Assembly (NCBI GenBank): GCA_963836285.1 | Contig: CAWIIN010000001.1 | Coordinates: 482,080-546,079 of the forward strand | DNA length: 64,000 nucleotides | DNA from: an uncultured Acidobacteriota bacterium | GTDB taxonomy: Bacteria > Acidobacteriota > Thermoanaerobaculia > UBA5066 | Reading direction: 5' to 3' | Part shown: piece by piece, positions 24,869 to 35,015 of the stretch | Numbering within the stretch: position 1 is the first letter of the stretch | Layout of the letters: each line of letters starts with the position of its first letter | Translations under genes and position numbers: made by a program | Notes under the pieces: model-generated | Databases searched by the model: none | Told to the model about the DNA's origin: nothing | Seen by the model: the letters and a program-made list of their open reading frames with translations, nothing else

Positions 24869-27800
24869 CACGTAGCTGCCGTCGGACGTCGCGTTGTCGT
24901 TCAGGACGCCGTACGCGGCGAAACGGGAGCTTCCGGAGATCCTCTCGATCTTCGCGTAGCCGGCGCAGAGCCCCGAGCGCCGCGAACGGCCGGCCGAACT
25001 GGAACCATTGCCCGGGGCCGAGAGGCTGGTCGGCGGGGACGCTGGCGAGAGGGCTGCCGTTCGAGTCCGAAGAGGGTCACACGCAGACCGATCGAGTCGC
25101 CCGCGTCTCCCCGGTTCACGAGCGCGAGATTCGAGCGCTGTGCCGCGTTCTCCTGGAGACCGTAGACGAACGCCGTGCCGGTCGCGCACTCGGCCGGCGT
25201 GAGGCCCGGGTAGAAGAGTCCGTACGAGCCCGCGGGCGCGAGCGGCACGTACGTGCGCGCCCCGACCGCGAGCGCGCTCGCGGGCGTGCCCGGCGCCGCC
25301 TTCACGAGGAGGGATCCGCCGACGTCGCGCCCGTCGTTCTCGATCGGAAGCGTCGTGCGAAGGAACGCGATCGCGTCCGGAACGATCCGCTGCTCCCCCG
25401 CCGCGAGGGTCAGGGCGATCTCGCCCGTGCCGCTCCCGAAGGCGGCCGTGTACGCGAGCGCGAGCGGAAGCGGAGACGCCGTGAGGTTCGTCAGCGTGAG
25501 CTCGGTCCGGAAGCGCGCGCCGAGGCCCGCGACGTCGAGGACGATCGGCACGAGCCGGTCCGCGCCCGAACCGTCGTCGCCGAGCAGGGGCGGGACGTAC
25601 GAGCCGTCCGACGTGACGCCGTCGTTCAGGACCGCGTACGCCGTGAACGGGGAGGCGCCGGAGACGCGGGTCACGACCGCCCTCCCGGACGCGGCCTTCC
25701 CCGCGAGCGGCTGGTCGTACTGGAACCAGCCCCACGGGCCGAGGGCGAGATCGGGCAGCGTCCCGAGATCCTCGCCGTTCGGGCCCTGGAGCGCGACGCG
25801 CACGACGATCGACGACCCGCCGGCGTTCACGACCGCCACGTTCGAGCGCTGCGAGGCGCCCTGCTGGAGGCCGAAGAGCGTTGCGGACGCTCCCGTCGAC
25901 CGGGCCGCCGGGTATGCGAGGCCGAACGTCCCGGCGCCTCCCGCGGGATCGGGCGTGAAGGTGCGCGCCCCCGCGAAGACGAGACCCGGCGATCCGACGC
26001 CGCGGAACGTCGCGAGGAGCGTTCCGACCTGGCTCGAGCCGTCTGCGGGAATCGGCAGGCCCTGGCCGCGCAGCCAGTCGACGATGCCGGGCAGGACGCG
26101 CATTTCTCCCGCCGCGAGCGTGAGGCGCGCGAACCCCGAGCCGGAGCCGACCGAGGCGGTGTAGGAGAGGATCACGTCCGTCGGCGCACCCGCGCGCGCG
26201 ACGAGGGTGAGCTCGGACCGGTAGTGGCTGCCGCCGACGCCCGAGGCCTCGAGGACGACCGGGACGAGGAGCCCGACGTCCCCGGCGGCCGGGGCGGGTG
26301 CGGTGACGTTGACGGTGAGCGTGGCCGCTCCCGTCCCTCCGCTCGCATCGCGCGCCGTGAGCGTGACGTGGAAGGCCCCGGGCACGGCGTACGCGTGCGC
26401 CGCCGGCGCCGGCCCCGTCGCTCCTCTCCCGTCGCCGAAGTCCCAGGCGAGCGTCACGGCGTCGCCGTCCGGATCCGTCGCCGAGCCGACGAACGCCACG
26501 GGAGCGCCGGCTTCGACCGTGAACCCCGGCGCCGGAGACTGGATCACGGGGACGGGCGGCCGATTCGAGATCGACGCCGCGGACGGCGCCGAAAAGAAGA
26601 GGTCGAGGGCGGAGCCCGTGTCGTCCGCCCACGAGACGACGATCGTTCCGCCCGCGCCCGCGGAGACCGAGACGCGGCCGGGTCCGCCGATGCCGTCGAC
26701 GGGATCGCCCGCGCTCCCGGAGAGCCCGCCGTTCGCGGAGAGGTTTACCGGGGGCGTGAACGTCGCACCGCCGTCCGTCGAACGCGCGACGCGGGCGTCG
26801 CTCTGGACGTCGTTCGCGTCGAACTCCTCCCAGGCGACGTCGATCGCACCCGAGGGCTCGAAGACGACGGACGGCACGTAGGACTGGTCCGCCGCCGCCG
26901 AGAGGAGGACGGGGCTCGAGAACGAGGTGCCGCCGTTCGTCGAGCGCCTGAACGTGATCTGCCGGTTCTGGAGCGCGTTCGCGACGATCGAGCGCGTGTA
27001 GAACGCGAGCGCGACGCTGTCGTCGGGCCCGACCGCGAGGTCCGGCGCGAGCGCGTAAACCGCCGCGTCCGACACGGTCGCGGCCGCCCCGAACGCGGCG
27101 CCCGCCTTCGAGACGGAGAGCCGGACCGCGGAGGACGTCGAGGACTGCTTCGTCCACGCGAGGAACGCGTCGTTCTTCGAGTCGAGGGCAATGCCCGGCC
27201 GCGCGAAGACCGACGGGGCATCGAAGATCGGAACCTGTGTCGAGAAGGCCGTCCCCCCGTTCGTCGAGCGGGACCACTCCACGACCGGCGCCGTGTCCGA
27301 GAGGTCGTACCAGACGACGACGAGGTTTCCGTTCCCGTCGGCGGCGATGTTCGGCAGCTCCGCGATCCGTCCTCCGGCGCTCACCGCGGCGGGCGCCGAG
27401 AACGTGGCGCCGCCGTCCGCCGAGCGCGCGAAATAGACGCGCGGCGCGGTGTCGGCGATCGTCCGCCCCTGCCAGACGACGAAGATGCGCCCGGTCGGGT
27501 CGATCGTGAACGTGCTCTCGTACGCGAAAGACCCGTTCGGGTTCAGCGCGAGCGGCGGGGAGAACGTCGTCCCGCCGTCCGTCGAGCGCCTGTAGGCGAC
27601 GTTCGAGCCGGTCACCGCGGAGGTGTCGTCGTCCGCGACCGCGTGCAAGACGCCCGCGGCGTCCGACTTGACCGTGCCCGTGGAGAAGCCGGCCGACCCC
27701 GTGACGTTCACGGGAGCCGGGAGCGCGCCGGAAGGCCTCACCGTGAGGCGCATGCGTGTCCCGCGGACGAGGCCGCCGGCGGACGCCGCGACGCCGAGGA

Positions 27801-29592
27801 CGTAATCGCCCGGCGGCGTCGAGGCCGGCACCGCGACCGTGAGGCGCACGGCCTGGCCGGGCATCGCCGAACCGCTCGCGAGAGTCAGGCCGAGGCCGGC
27901 CGGAGCGAGGTCCGGGGCGAGCGCGAGCGTTCCCGCGAAGCCGCTCTCGCCCGAAGCGGCGAAGTCGAACGTCGCGGTTCCGCCCTGCGGAGCGGCCGCG
28001 TATGTCGTGACCGCCGAGAGGCCGAAGTCGGGCGCGAGCGCGTCGAACGCCTCCGGGACCGCCGCCGCCCAGACGTCCGCATCGCCCGAGCGTTCGTCCG
28101 TCCAGGCGGCGTAGAAATTGCCGCCGTCCGCCGCGAGGCCGTCGTACGACGTGTGGCCGAATCCCCCGAGGCTGTGCGGCGCCGGCGCCCACGGGGAATT
28201 GCGGTCCGTGAGCCGGAAGTTCTTCCCCCACGTCGCGCCGCCGTCACGCGAGATCGCCATGTACTGGTCCGTCAGGGTGTCCCGGGCCGCGTCGTTCCGG
28301 CGGTCGGCCCAGCGCACGCCCACCGTCCCGTCCGCCAGCGCGGCGACCGACGGAAACGCCTGCGTCGTGGACGTCCCGTCGTCGTTGAGCTTGCGGGCCG
28401 CGGAGAACGTCGCTCCGTTGTCCGTCGAGCGCGCATAGAAGACGTCCGAGCGGTCCGTCGTGCCGGTCGAGACGGCGGCCCAGACGACGTGGACGACGCC
28501 GCTTCCGTCCACGGCGAGCGAGGGACCGGAATTCGACGCGGCGGCGCCGCCGCCCGCCGTCACGGGGCCCGCGGGCCGGAACGTCGCAACCGTATGCAGG
28601 GAGCCGAAGAGCTGTCCGCCGTCGGTCGAACGCGTGATCGAGATTCCGCCGGGCGAATAGTGTCCGTCCTGGTACGCGACGTACACGTCCCCGTTCGGCG
28701 CGACCGCTACCGCCGCATGGTCGACCGGGGCGCCATCGATCAAGTTGAGCGACGCGGGCGGCAGGAAGGTGGCCCCGCCGTCGGAGGAGCGCGCGAAGAA
28801 GATCGCCGTGACGCCGTAGTACGTGAAGTAGTCGGTCCACGCGACGTAGACCTGCCCCCTCCGCGGCGACGACGCGCCGTTGTCGACGGCGACCGCGGGC
28901 CTGTCCATCACGTCGTAGCCGTTCTCGACGTAGCTCGAGGGGCTCGAGGACCCCGAGAACGTCTCTCCGCCGTCCGTGGACTTCGCGAGCTCGACGCCGG
29001 TCGGGTCGCCGTTCGCCGCCGCGAGGGATGCATAGTAGATCTCGCCGGCCGAGCCGATCGCGACCGACGGGCTCCCCCAGTTGTAGATGCCGTCGGGCTC
29101 CGGGATCCGCATGTGGGCGAACGTCGCACCACCGTCGTTCGAGACGCCGTAGCCGGCCGCCGAGTACGTCGAGTCCTCGAAGCCGACGAAGACGCGCGAG
29201 CCCCGCGCGGCGACGGACGTCGTGCGGCTCGCGTGATGGTCGACGTCGAGCGTCGGGTCGTTCACACGGACGTTCTGGCGCGGAGCCGGAGCGGCGAGCG
29301 CCGCCGCCGCCGCGGCGCGCGCCTCCGGGACGCGCGGTCTCGCCGGGACGCGCGCCGGAGCCGGCGCGAGAGAGTTCGCGACGAGAACTGCCTGCCGGGC
29401 TCCCGGCGACAGCGCGGACAGGATCCCGGGCTCGAGCGCCCAGGAGAGCCGCGACGGCGTGGCGGGCGCGGTCCCGTCGGGAGCCGGACGCGGCCCGGCC
29501 GCCGAACCCGGATGAGAGACGAAGAGAAAGAGGGGAAGGAGGAGAAGATTTCTTAGAAGGTAAGAAAGATTGCGGGGGCGGCGCTGCGACAA
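24854..29592 (-). CDS. giant secreted BNR/sialidase-like repeat + PKD-domain protein with a tandem C-terminal domain; the 3' end is broken by two +1 frame shifts
   Basis: Track ORF 24901..29592 shows repeated S-x-D-x-G-x-T-F/W motifs (STDGGATF, SRDGGATW). A PKD domain is present (VAFVGSATDPDGDAVTLAWDFGDG). The true C-terminus continues in two other frames and ends ..YGVLNDNATSDGSYVPMTF at 24854. Confidence 0.8.
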
Positions 29593-29674
29593 ATGGCTCC
29601 TCCTCGAGGCGACCGAACGAAGGACCCCAGCAATTCTCGTGCAGACCTCCCGTGTCCACTTTCTAAGAAGAATC
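29511..29674. repeat. inverted-repeat element, copy 8 (5' end and upstream region of the BNR gene)
   Basis: A polypurine tract precedes the left arm AGATTTCTTAGAAGGTAAGAAAG (29546..29568). The right arm is TCCACTTTCTAAGAAGAATC (29655..29674). Confidence 0.85.
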
Positions 29675-29695
29675 AGCGGCGCGTAGCGCCGCTGA
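29661..29695 (-). terminator. intrinsic terminator downstream of htrA
   Basis: On the minus strand a perfect 10-bp stem, TCAGCGGCGC-TAC-GCGCCGCTGA, is followed by TTCTTCTT. That T-rich tract is the repeat-element arm. Confidence 0.6.
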
Positions 29696-29736
29696 CGGGG
29701 GGTGCGGGGGGCGGGTGAGCCCCCCGCCCAGAAGGC

Positions 29737-31308
29737 TCATTCTTCCGGCTTTACAGCCGTGAGGAACTTCTGCGACTGTCCGCGCGGGCCCTGCCGCTGG
29801 ACGTAGAAGCGAATGTACTTGCCCTTCGCCGCCCTCTTGATCGCGGCCTGCATCTCGTCGACGGACCCGACGGCCGTGCCGTTCACCTCGAGGATGACGT
29901 CACCCTCGAGGAGGTTAGCGTCGGCCGCCGGAGAGACCGGCTTCACGTGCGCGATGACGACGCCCTTCGTCGTGTCCTTGTCGATCCCGTAGGCCCGGCG
30001 CACGCGGGGCGTCAGGTCGTCGATCTCGAGGCCGAGCATTTTCTGGCGCGACGAGACCTTGCCCTCCTCATCGTCGGAGGCGGCCGGCTTCTCTCCGTCC
30101 TCGGGGCGCGTCTCGAGCGTCGCGACCGCGGTCTGCTCCTTCCCGTCGCGGATGTAGCCGATCGTGATCTTCGCGCCCGGCGCCCGGCTGGACACGTAGT
30201 CGATGAGGTCGCGGTTGTTCTTCACGGTCACGTCGTCGACGCGCGTGATGATGTCGCCGTGCCCAAGGCCGGCCTTGTCGCCGGGCTTGCCCTTCTCGAC
30301 GGACTGGACGAGCGCGCCCTCGGGAGACTTGAGGCCGTAGGCGTCCTGCCACTTCCGGTTCACGGACTCGACCTGCACGCCGAGATAGCCCCTTACGACC
30401 TTGCCCTTCTTGAGCTGCGGGAGGAGCCTTCGCGCGACGTTGACGGGAACCGCGAAGCCGATGTTCTGGCCGATGCGCGAGATCGCCGTGTTGATCCCGA
30501 CGACCTCGCCGTTCACGTTCACGAGGGGTCCGCCCGAGTTTCCGAAGTTGATCGCGGCGTCCGTCTGCAGGAGGTTCTCGAACGCGCTCGTGGCCCGCGA
30601 GAGGCCCGCGTACCGCCCCTTGCCCGAGATGACGCCGACCGTGACGGACTTGTCGAAGCTGAGCGGGTCGCCGATCGCCATGACCCACTCGCCGACGCGG
30701 ATCTTGTCGCTGTCGCCGAGCCTCACGGTCGGGAACGGCTTCGTCCCGTCGATCTTGAGGAGCGCAAGGTCGGTCGCCGGGTCGCGCCCGACGATCTTCG
30801 CCTTGTACTCGTCCTGGTCGCCGACCTTCACCTCGACCTTGTCCGCGCCCTCGATCACGTGGTTGTTCGTGAGGATGTAGCCCTCGGGGTCGATCAGGAA
30901 GCCCGTGCCGCCCGAGAGCTGTTTCTGATCTTCGTCGTCGTCTGAGCCCCGCCGGTGGGGATTGTCCGGGCCGAAGAAAAACTCGAAGGGGTCCGTGCCG
31001 CCGTCGCCGCCGAAGTTGTGGTACGAGCGCCGGCGCCGGTCGGCCTTCACGATGTCCGTCGCCGTGACGGAGACGATCGCGGGCGCGATCTGCTCGGCGA
31101 TGTCCGCGAACGACGGGAGCGCGAGCGCCGTTCCGCCCGCGGCCTTCGAAGCCGGGACGGCCGGAACGGCGGACGCCGGCGCGGCCTTCTGGGCCGTCGC
31201 GAGGCGCGTGAGATCGAGACTGCCCGCGAGGATCATGCCGAAGACGACGGATCCCGTGAGCAGCGCGGCGAGAGACAGGACTTTCGTTTTCGTTCGCATA
31301 CCGTCCAT
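29737..31308 (-). CDS. HtrA/DegP-family periplasmic serine endoprotease with two PDZ domains
   Basis: 523 aa with an N-terminal TM/signal segment. The catalytic motifs are TNNHV, D..LLK and GNSGGPLVN. Two PDZ-like regions are present. Confidence 0.9.
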   Translation of the reverse strand: MDGMRTKTKVLSLAALLTGSVVFGMILAGSLDLTRLATAQKAAPASAVPAVPASKAAGGTALALPSFADIAEQIAPAIVSVTATDIVKADRRRRSYHNFGGDGGTDPFEFFFGPDNPHRRGSDDDEDQKQLSGGTGFLIDPEGYILTNNHVIEGADKVEVKVGDQDEYKAKIVGRDPATDLALLKIDGTKPFPTVRLGDSDKIRVGEWVMAIGDPLSFDKSVTVGVISGKGRYAGLSRATSAFENLLQTDAAINFGNSGGPLVNVNGEVVGINTAISRIGQNIGFAVPVNVARRLLPQLKKGKVVRGYLGVQVESVNRKWQDAYGLKSPEGALVQSVEKGKPGDKAGLGHGDIITRVDDVTVKNNRDLIDYVSSRAPGAKITIGYIRDGKEQTAVATLETRPEDGEKPAASDDEEGKVSSRQKMLGLEIDDLTPRVRRAYGIDKDTTKGVVIAHVKPVSPAADANLLEGDVILEVNGTAVGSVDEMQAAIKRAAKGKYIRFYVQRQGPRGQSQKFLTAVKPEE

Positions 31309-31421
31309 GGATGATAGGCCCTCATCGGTCGCCGGCAGGTGGGTTCGCCGGCGCCTCGCCTCCCTGAGGGCAAGGTTCGTGCCGGACCCGATGCGTCACA
31401 AAGGCGCGGGTCCGGCGCCGT

Positions 31422-32525
31422 TCAGCGGCGTCCGGCGGGCTCCACGTCCTCGGGCCGGATGTTGTAGAAGAACGTCACGGTCACGCCCTCGCGGTCGTGC
31501 CCGAGGTCCGAGGGCAACGGCCGGAACGGCGACGCATGCGCGATCGCGAGGAAGGCGGCGTTGTCGAACGGCGGGACTCCCGAGTTCGACAGGATGCGCT
31601 CGGCCTCGACCCGGCCGTCCTTCAGGATGTAGAAGCGGATCGTGAGCCGGCCCTTCACGCCGTAGCGCGCGAGAGCGGGCACGTCCCAGTTGCGCTTGAT
31701 CTTCCGGATCATCTCGGCCGCGTACGCGCCCCAGTCGTACCCGACCGTATCGAAGGACAGGGGGCCGGAGTCCACGAAGCCGCCGTCGCGGTCGTAGCCG
31801 CCGCCGCCCTCACCGCCCTGTCCGGCGTCCTGCTGGGCCGCGCGGCGCGCGTCCTGCGCGCTGATCGAGCCGAGGTCGAAGGACGGAAGGCCCCGGAGCC
31901 GGCGCGCGTTCGCCCGCTCCTCGAGCGTCGGGGGATCGCTCATGTCCGTCAGCGGCCCGAGGTCCGTGAGCTTCCGCCCGGACTCGCCCGCCTGGGACCC
32001 CTGCGGCGGCCGCGGCGCCGGAGCGGCCGGACTCCCTTCCCGCCCGGCCGCGAGATCGCGGATCCCGGCCTCCGCGCGGGCCTTCGGGACGGGTTGGACG
32101 GGAAGCTGCGGGTCCCCGCCGTGCGCCTGTCGGTTCACGTCGGAAGGGAGCGGCCTCGGGCCCGGCTGGGCGGTCTTCGCTCCCGGAGCCTGGAAGAACT
32201 GGATCGGAATCGACGGGTCGGGAGGGGTTCCTTTCATGAGCGAGATGATCCCGAGAGGGTCGGGCTGGTTCTCCAGGGACCGCTCGGGGACCTTGATCGT
32301 CAGGAGGGCAATCACGAGGAGGAGGTGCAGGATGACCGAGAGCGCGAGGGCCCGCTCGGTGTTCAGCCGCCAGTCGCGCGCGGTCGCCGCCGCCCGCGCC
32401 CCCGGCAGAAACTCCGGAGTCTCGGCCATCGCCGCCGGAGAGAACGGATCCTCCTCCGGAGACAAGCCCTGGGGTGGCGGCCACGGGGCGAGGATCTCCC
32501 GCCCTTCGACGGCTTCGTCGTTCAA
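31422..32525 (-). CDS. TonB-family energy transducer
   Basis: 367 aa with one TM helix (ALALSVILHLLLVIALL) and a Pro-rich linker. The C-terminal TonB domain reads YAAEMIRKIKRNWDVP..GRLTIRFYILKDGRV. Confidence 0.7.
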   Translation of the reverse strand: MNDEAVEGREILAPWPPPQGLSPEEDPFSPAAMAETPEFLPGARAAATARDWRLNTERALALSVILHLLLVIALLTIKVPERSLENQPDPLGIISLMKGTPPDPSIPIQFFQAPGAKTAQPGPRPLPSDVNRQAHGGDPQLPVQPVPKARAEAGIRDLAAGREGSPAAPAPRPPQGSQAGESGRKLTDLGPLTDMSDPPTLEERANARRLRGLPSFDLGSISAQDARRAAQQDAGQGGEGGGGYDRDGGFVDSGPLSFDTVGYDWGAYAAEMIRKIKRNWDVPALARYGVKGRLTIRFYILKDGRVEAERILSNSGVPPFDNAAFLAIAHASPFRPLPSDLGHDREGVTVTFFYNIRPEDVEPAGRR

Positions 32526-32644
32526 TCGAATGACGGTGAGATCGCTGATGGATATCCCCTCGAGAGGGCGCCCTGTTGTCGCGCGGCGCGTTCCTATGGG
32601 AAGTCCGTGCCACTTCCCGCGAGCATGTTAGCGGCTTTCGATCC

Positions 32645-32673
32645 TTGCCCGACGGGCGCCCGGCGCCTATAAT
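32645..32673 (+). promoter_or_regulatory. sigma70-like promoter TTGCCC-17 nt-TATAAT upstream of rimP-nusA-infB
   Basis: The -35 element TTGCCC is at 32645..32650. A 17-nt spacer separates it from a perfect TATAAT at 32668..32673. Confidence 0.5.
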
Positions 32674-32683
32674 CAAGACGCAG

Positions 32684-32726
32684 CTTTCAAGGGGCTTGAA
32701 AGAGGGCATCCGCCCTCTTTTTTTTT
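32684..32726 (+). terminator. leader hairpin plus intrinsic terminator (candidate attenuator) between the promoter and rimP
   Basis: Hairpin 1 is CTTTCAAG-ggg-CTTGAAAG (32684..32702). Hairpin 2 is AGAGGGC-atcc-GCCCTCT (32701..32718), followed by a run of 9 T. The two stems share 2 nt. Confidence 0.6.
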
Positions 32727-32766
32727 GCCCCCTGCAGGTGTGCGGAAGTGCCGGGGAGCGGACACG

Positions 32767-33240
32767 ATGACCGGAAACGGCCTGCCGATCGACGCGGGGA
32801 CGGAGATCCTCCTTCAGGGGCGCCTCGGGGCGCTCGGGCTGGAGCTCTGTCACCTGGACTGGGCCGCCGGCCGCGGCCGCGCCACGCTGACGCTCTTCAT
32901 CGACGGGCCCGGAGGCGTGACGCTCGAGGATTGCGAGGCCGCCTCTCACGCCGCCTCTGAGGTCCTCGACCCGCTCGAGGGACGCCTTCCCGCCTATGTG
33001 CTCGAGGTCTCGTCGCCCGGACTCGACCGTCCACTCTGGACCCTCGCCGACTGCGAGCGATTCAAGGGACGCCGCATCACCGTCCGCCTCGGTCAGAAGG
33101 TCGAGGGGACCGCGAAACTCAAGGGAATCCTCGAGGATGTCCGGGGCGAAGCCCTGACCGTCCTTGATGAGGACCAGCACCGACGCTACACTGTGCGATT
33201 CGGCGACGTCCGGATCGCGCGTCTCGTCCCCGAATTGTAA
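32767..33240 (+). CDS. rimP: ribosome maturation factor RimP
   Basis: The protein runs from the ATG at 32767, with the motifs LEVSSPGLDRPL and the C-terminal KGILEDV..LTV... It sits upstream of nusA. Confidence 0.85.
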   Translation: MTGNGLPIDAGTEILLQGRLGALGLELCHLDWAAGRGRATLTLFIDGPGGVTLEDCEAASHAASEVLDPLEGRLPAYVLEVSSPGLDRPLWTLADCERFKGRRITVRLGQKVEGTAKLKGILEDVRGEALTVLDEDQHRRYTVRFGDVRIARLVPEL

Positions 33241-33263
33241 AACCCGACGGAGAACACGACACG

Positions 33264-35015
33264 ATGAGCACCCAGCCCCCGACGGACAGCGGCCCGGCGC
33301 CCGAGAAGAAAAAGTCCCGCGCGCCGAAGGGCGCGGCGAAGCCGCGCGCCAAGGCCGCCAAGGCGGCGGCCGCGCCGCCCGCGACGAAGGCCGACGAGAT
33401 CATCGAGGCCCTGAAGGCCGCGGCGCGCGACAAGGAAATCGAGTTCGAGCGCCTCGTCGCCGCGCTCGAAGAGGCGATCGCGACGGCCGCGCGCAAGGTC
33501 TACAAGGTGCGTGAGATGGCGGCGCGGTTCGACCCGGCGACCGGCCTCCTGACCGCCTGGACGCCCTACCGGATCGTCGAGCAGAAGACGAAGCCCGAAG
33601 AGCCCGAGCCGGAGGCCGCGCTCGATCCGGACGACGTGCCCCTCGGCGCCGCCGCGGCGCCCGTCCCGGCCGCGGCTGCCGTCCCCGTCGATCCCGACAA
33701 GGAGATCCGCCTTCCCTGGATCGAGGTCCTGCCCGAGGAGGCTGCCGCGCTCCTGACCGGAGACCTCGCCGGCCAGATCTGGCAGGCCGTCCGGAATCCG
33801 AAGGGCGAGGCTTCGGTCGGCGAGGAGGAGATTCTCGACCCCGCCGCCACCGCCCTCGCGATCGGCGACGAGATCCGCCTGTACCGCTCGACCGACGGCC
33901 TCGGCCGCATCGCGGCGCAGAGCGCCAAACAGGTGCTCTACCAGAAGCTCCGCGAGGCCGAGCGGGACAACATCTACAACGAGTACTTCCCGAAGGTCGG
34001 GGAGCTCATCACGGGCACGGTGAAGCGTTTCGAGCGCGGCGACATGATCGTCGACCTCGGCCGCACCGAGGCCGCGATCCCGCGCGAGCACCAGTCGCGC
34101 GCCGAACGCTACACGCAGGGCGAACGCGTGCGCGGCGTCCTCGTGGACGTCCACAAGAACCCGAAGGGCTCGCAGATCATCCTCTCGCGCACGGCGCCCG
34201 AACTCCTCATGCGCCTCATGGAGATGGAGGTCCCCGAGATCTACGACGGCACCGTCGTGATCCGCGGGTGCGTCCGCCAGCCCGGCGACCGCGCGAAGGT
34301 CGCCGTCTCGTCCCGCGAGCGCGACGTGGACCCGGTTGGCGCCTGCGTCGGCATGCGCGGCGCGCGCGTGCAGGCGATCATGCGCGAGCTGCGCGGCGAG
34401 CGCATCGACATCATCCAGTACTCGGACGACCTCATCACGTACGCCCAGAACGCGCTCTCCCCCGCGAAGATCACGCGCGTCTCGGCGATGCCGGCCGACG
34501 AGGAGGGCGAGCCCGAGATCGGCGCCGACGGCGAGCCCATCGAGCCGGTCCCCACCCTCGAATGCATCGTCGAGGAGGACCAGCTCTCCCTCGCGATCGG
34601 CAAGCGCGGCCAGAACGTCCGGCTCGCCGCGGCCCTCATCGGCGCGCGGATCGAGATCAAGAGCGAACAGGCCGTCAAGGCCGAGGTCGCGCAGGCCCTG
34701 CAGCGGATGCTCATCGCGTCCCAGCGACGGGGCACGTCCCTCGCCGAGGTGCCCGGGCTCGAGGAGTCCTCCGCGGCCGCGTTCGTCGCCGCGGGCTTCG
34801 CGACCGCGGGAGATCTCCTCGACGCCGCCTCCGGCGAAAGCGAGAGCCCGCTCACCGAGGTCGCGCTCGACCCGGCAGTTCGCGACGCGGCGATCGAGGC
34901 CGTGCGCGCCTACGAAGAGGCGCCCGAGGACGAGGACGAAGGCGAGACGCTCGAATTCCAGGAAGTGACCGAGACCGAGGGCGAAAAAGGCCCCGAGGGA
35001 GACCCGCAGACTTGA
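33264..35015 (+). CDS. nusA: transcription termination/antitermination factor NusA (K/A/P-rich N-terminal extension, insert in the N-terminal domain)
   Basis: 583 aa. It has the S1 domain (GELITGTVKRFERGDMIVDLG), KH domains (SRTAPELLMRLMEMEVPEI, ACVGMRGARVQAIMRELRGERIDI, GKRGQNVRLAAALIG) and an acidic tail. Confidence 0.9.
   Translation: MSTQPPTDSGPAPEKKKSRAPKGAAKPRAKAAKAAAAPPATKADEIIEALKAAARDKEIEFERLVAALEEAIATAARKVYKVREMAARFDPATGLLTAWTPYRIVEQKTKPEEPEPEAALDPDDVPLGAAAAPVPAAAAVPVDPDKEIRLPWIEVLPEEAAALLTGDLAGQIWQAVRNPKGEASVGEEEILDPAATALAIGDEIRLYRSTDGLGRIAAQSAKQVLYQKLREAERDNIYNEYFPKVGELITGTVKRFERGDMIVDLGRTEAAIPREHQSRAERYTQGERVRGVLVDVHKNPKGSQIILSRTAPELLMRLMEMEVPEIYDGTVVIRGCVRQPGDRAKVAVSSRERDVDPVGACVGMRGARVQAIMRELRGERIDIIQYSDDLITYAQNALSPAKITRVSAMPADEEGEPEIGADGEPIEPVPTLECIVEEDQLSLAIGKRGQNVRLAAALIGARIEIKSEQAVKAEVAQALQRMLIASQRRGTSLAEVPGLEESSAAAFVAAGFATAGDLLDAASGESESPLTEVALDPAVRDAAIEAVRAYEEAPEDEDEGETLEFQEVTETEGEKGPEGDPQT

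Noticed and set aside
24688-29556. Very long ORFs in the track. Examples are 24688..29556 + (1622 aa), 24854..28231 - (1125 aa, except its last ~35 codons), 4807..8184 + (except its last 180 codons), 47788..50535 -, 35789..38359 -, 42903..44945 - and 62151..63980 -.
   Set aside because: These ORFs are rich in R/P/G/A/D/E with low-complexity composition. They lie opposite to, or out of frame with, genes that carry clear conserved motifs (BNR protein, PBP1A, ActB, IF-2, PNPase, ABC exporter). They are typical shadow ORFs of high-GC DNA.
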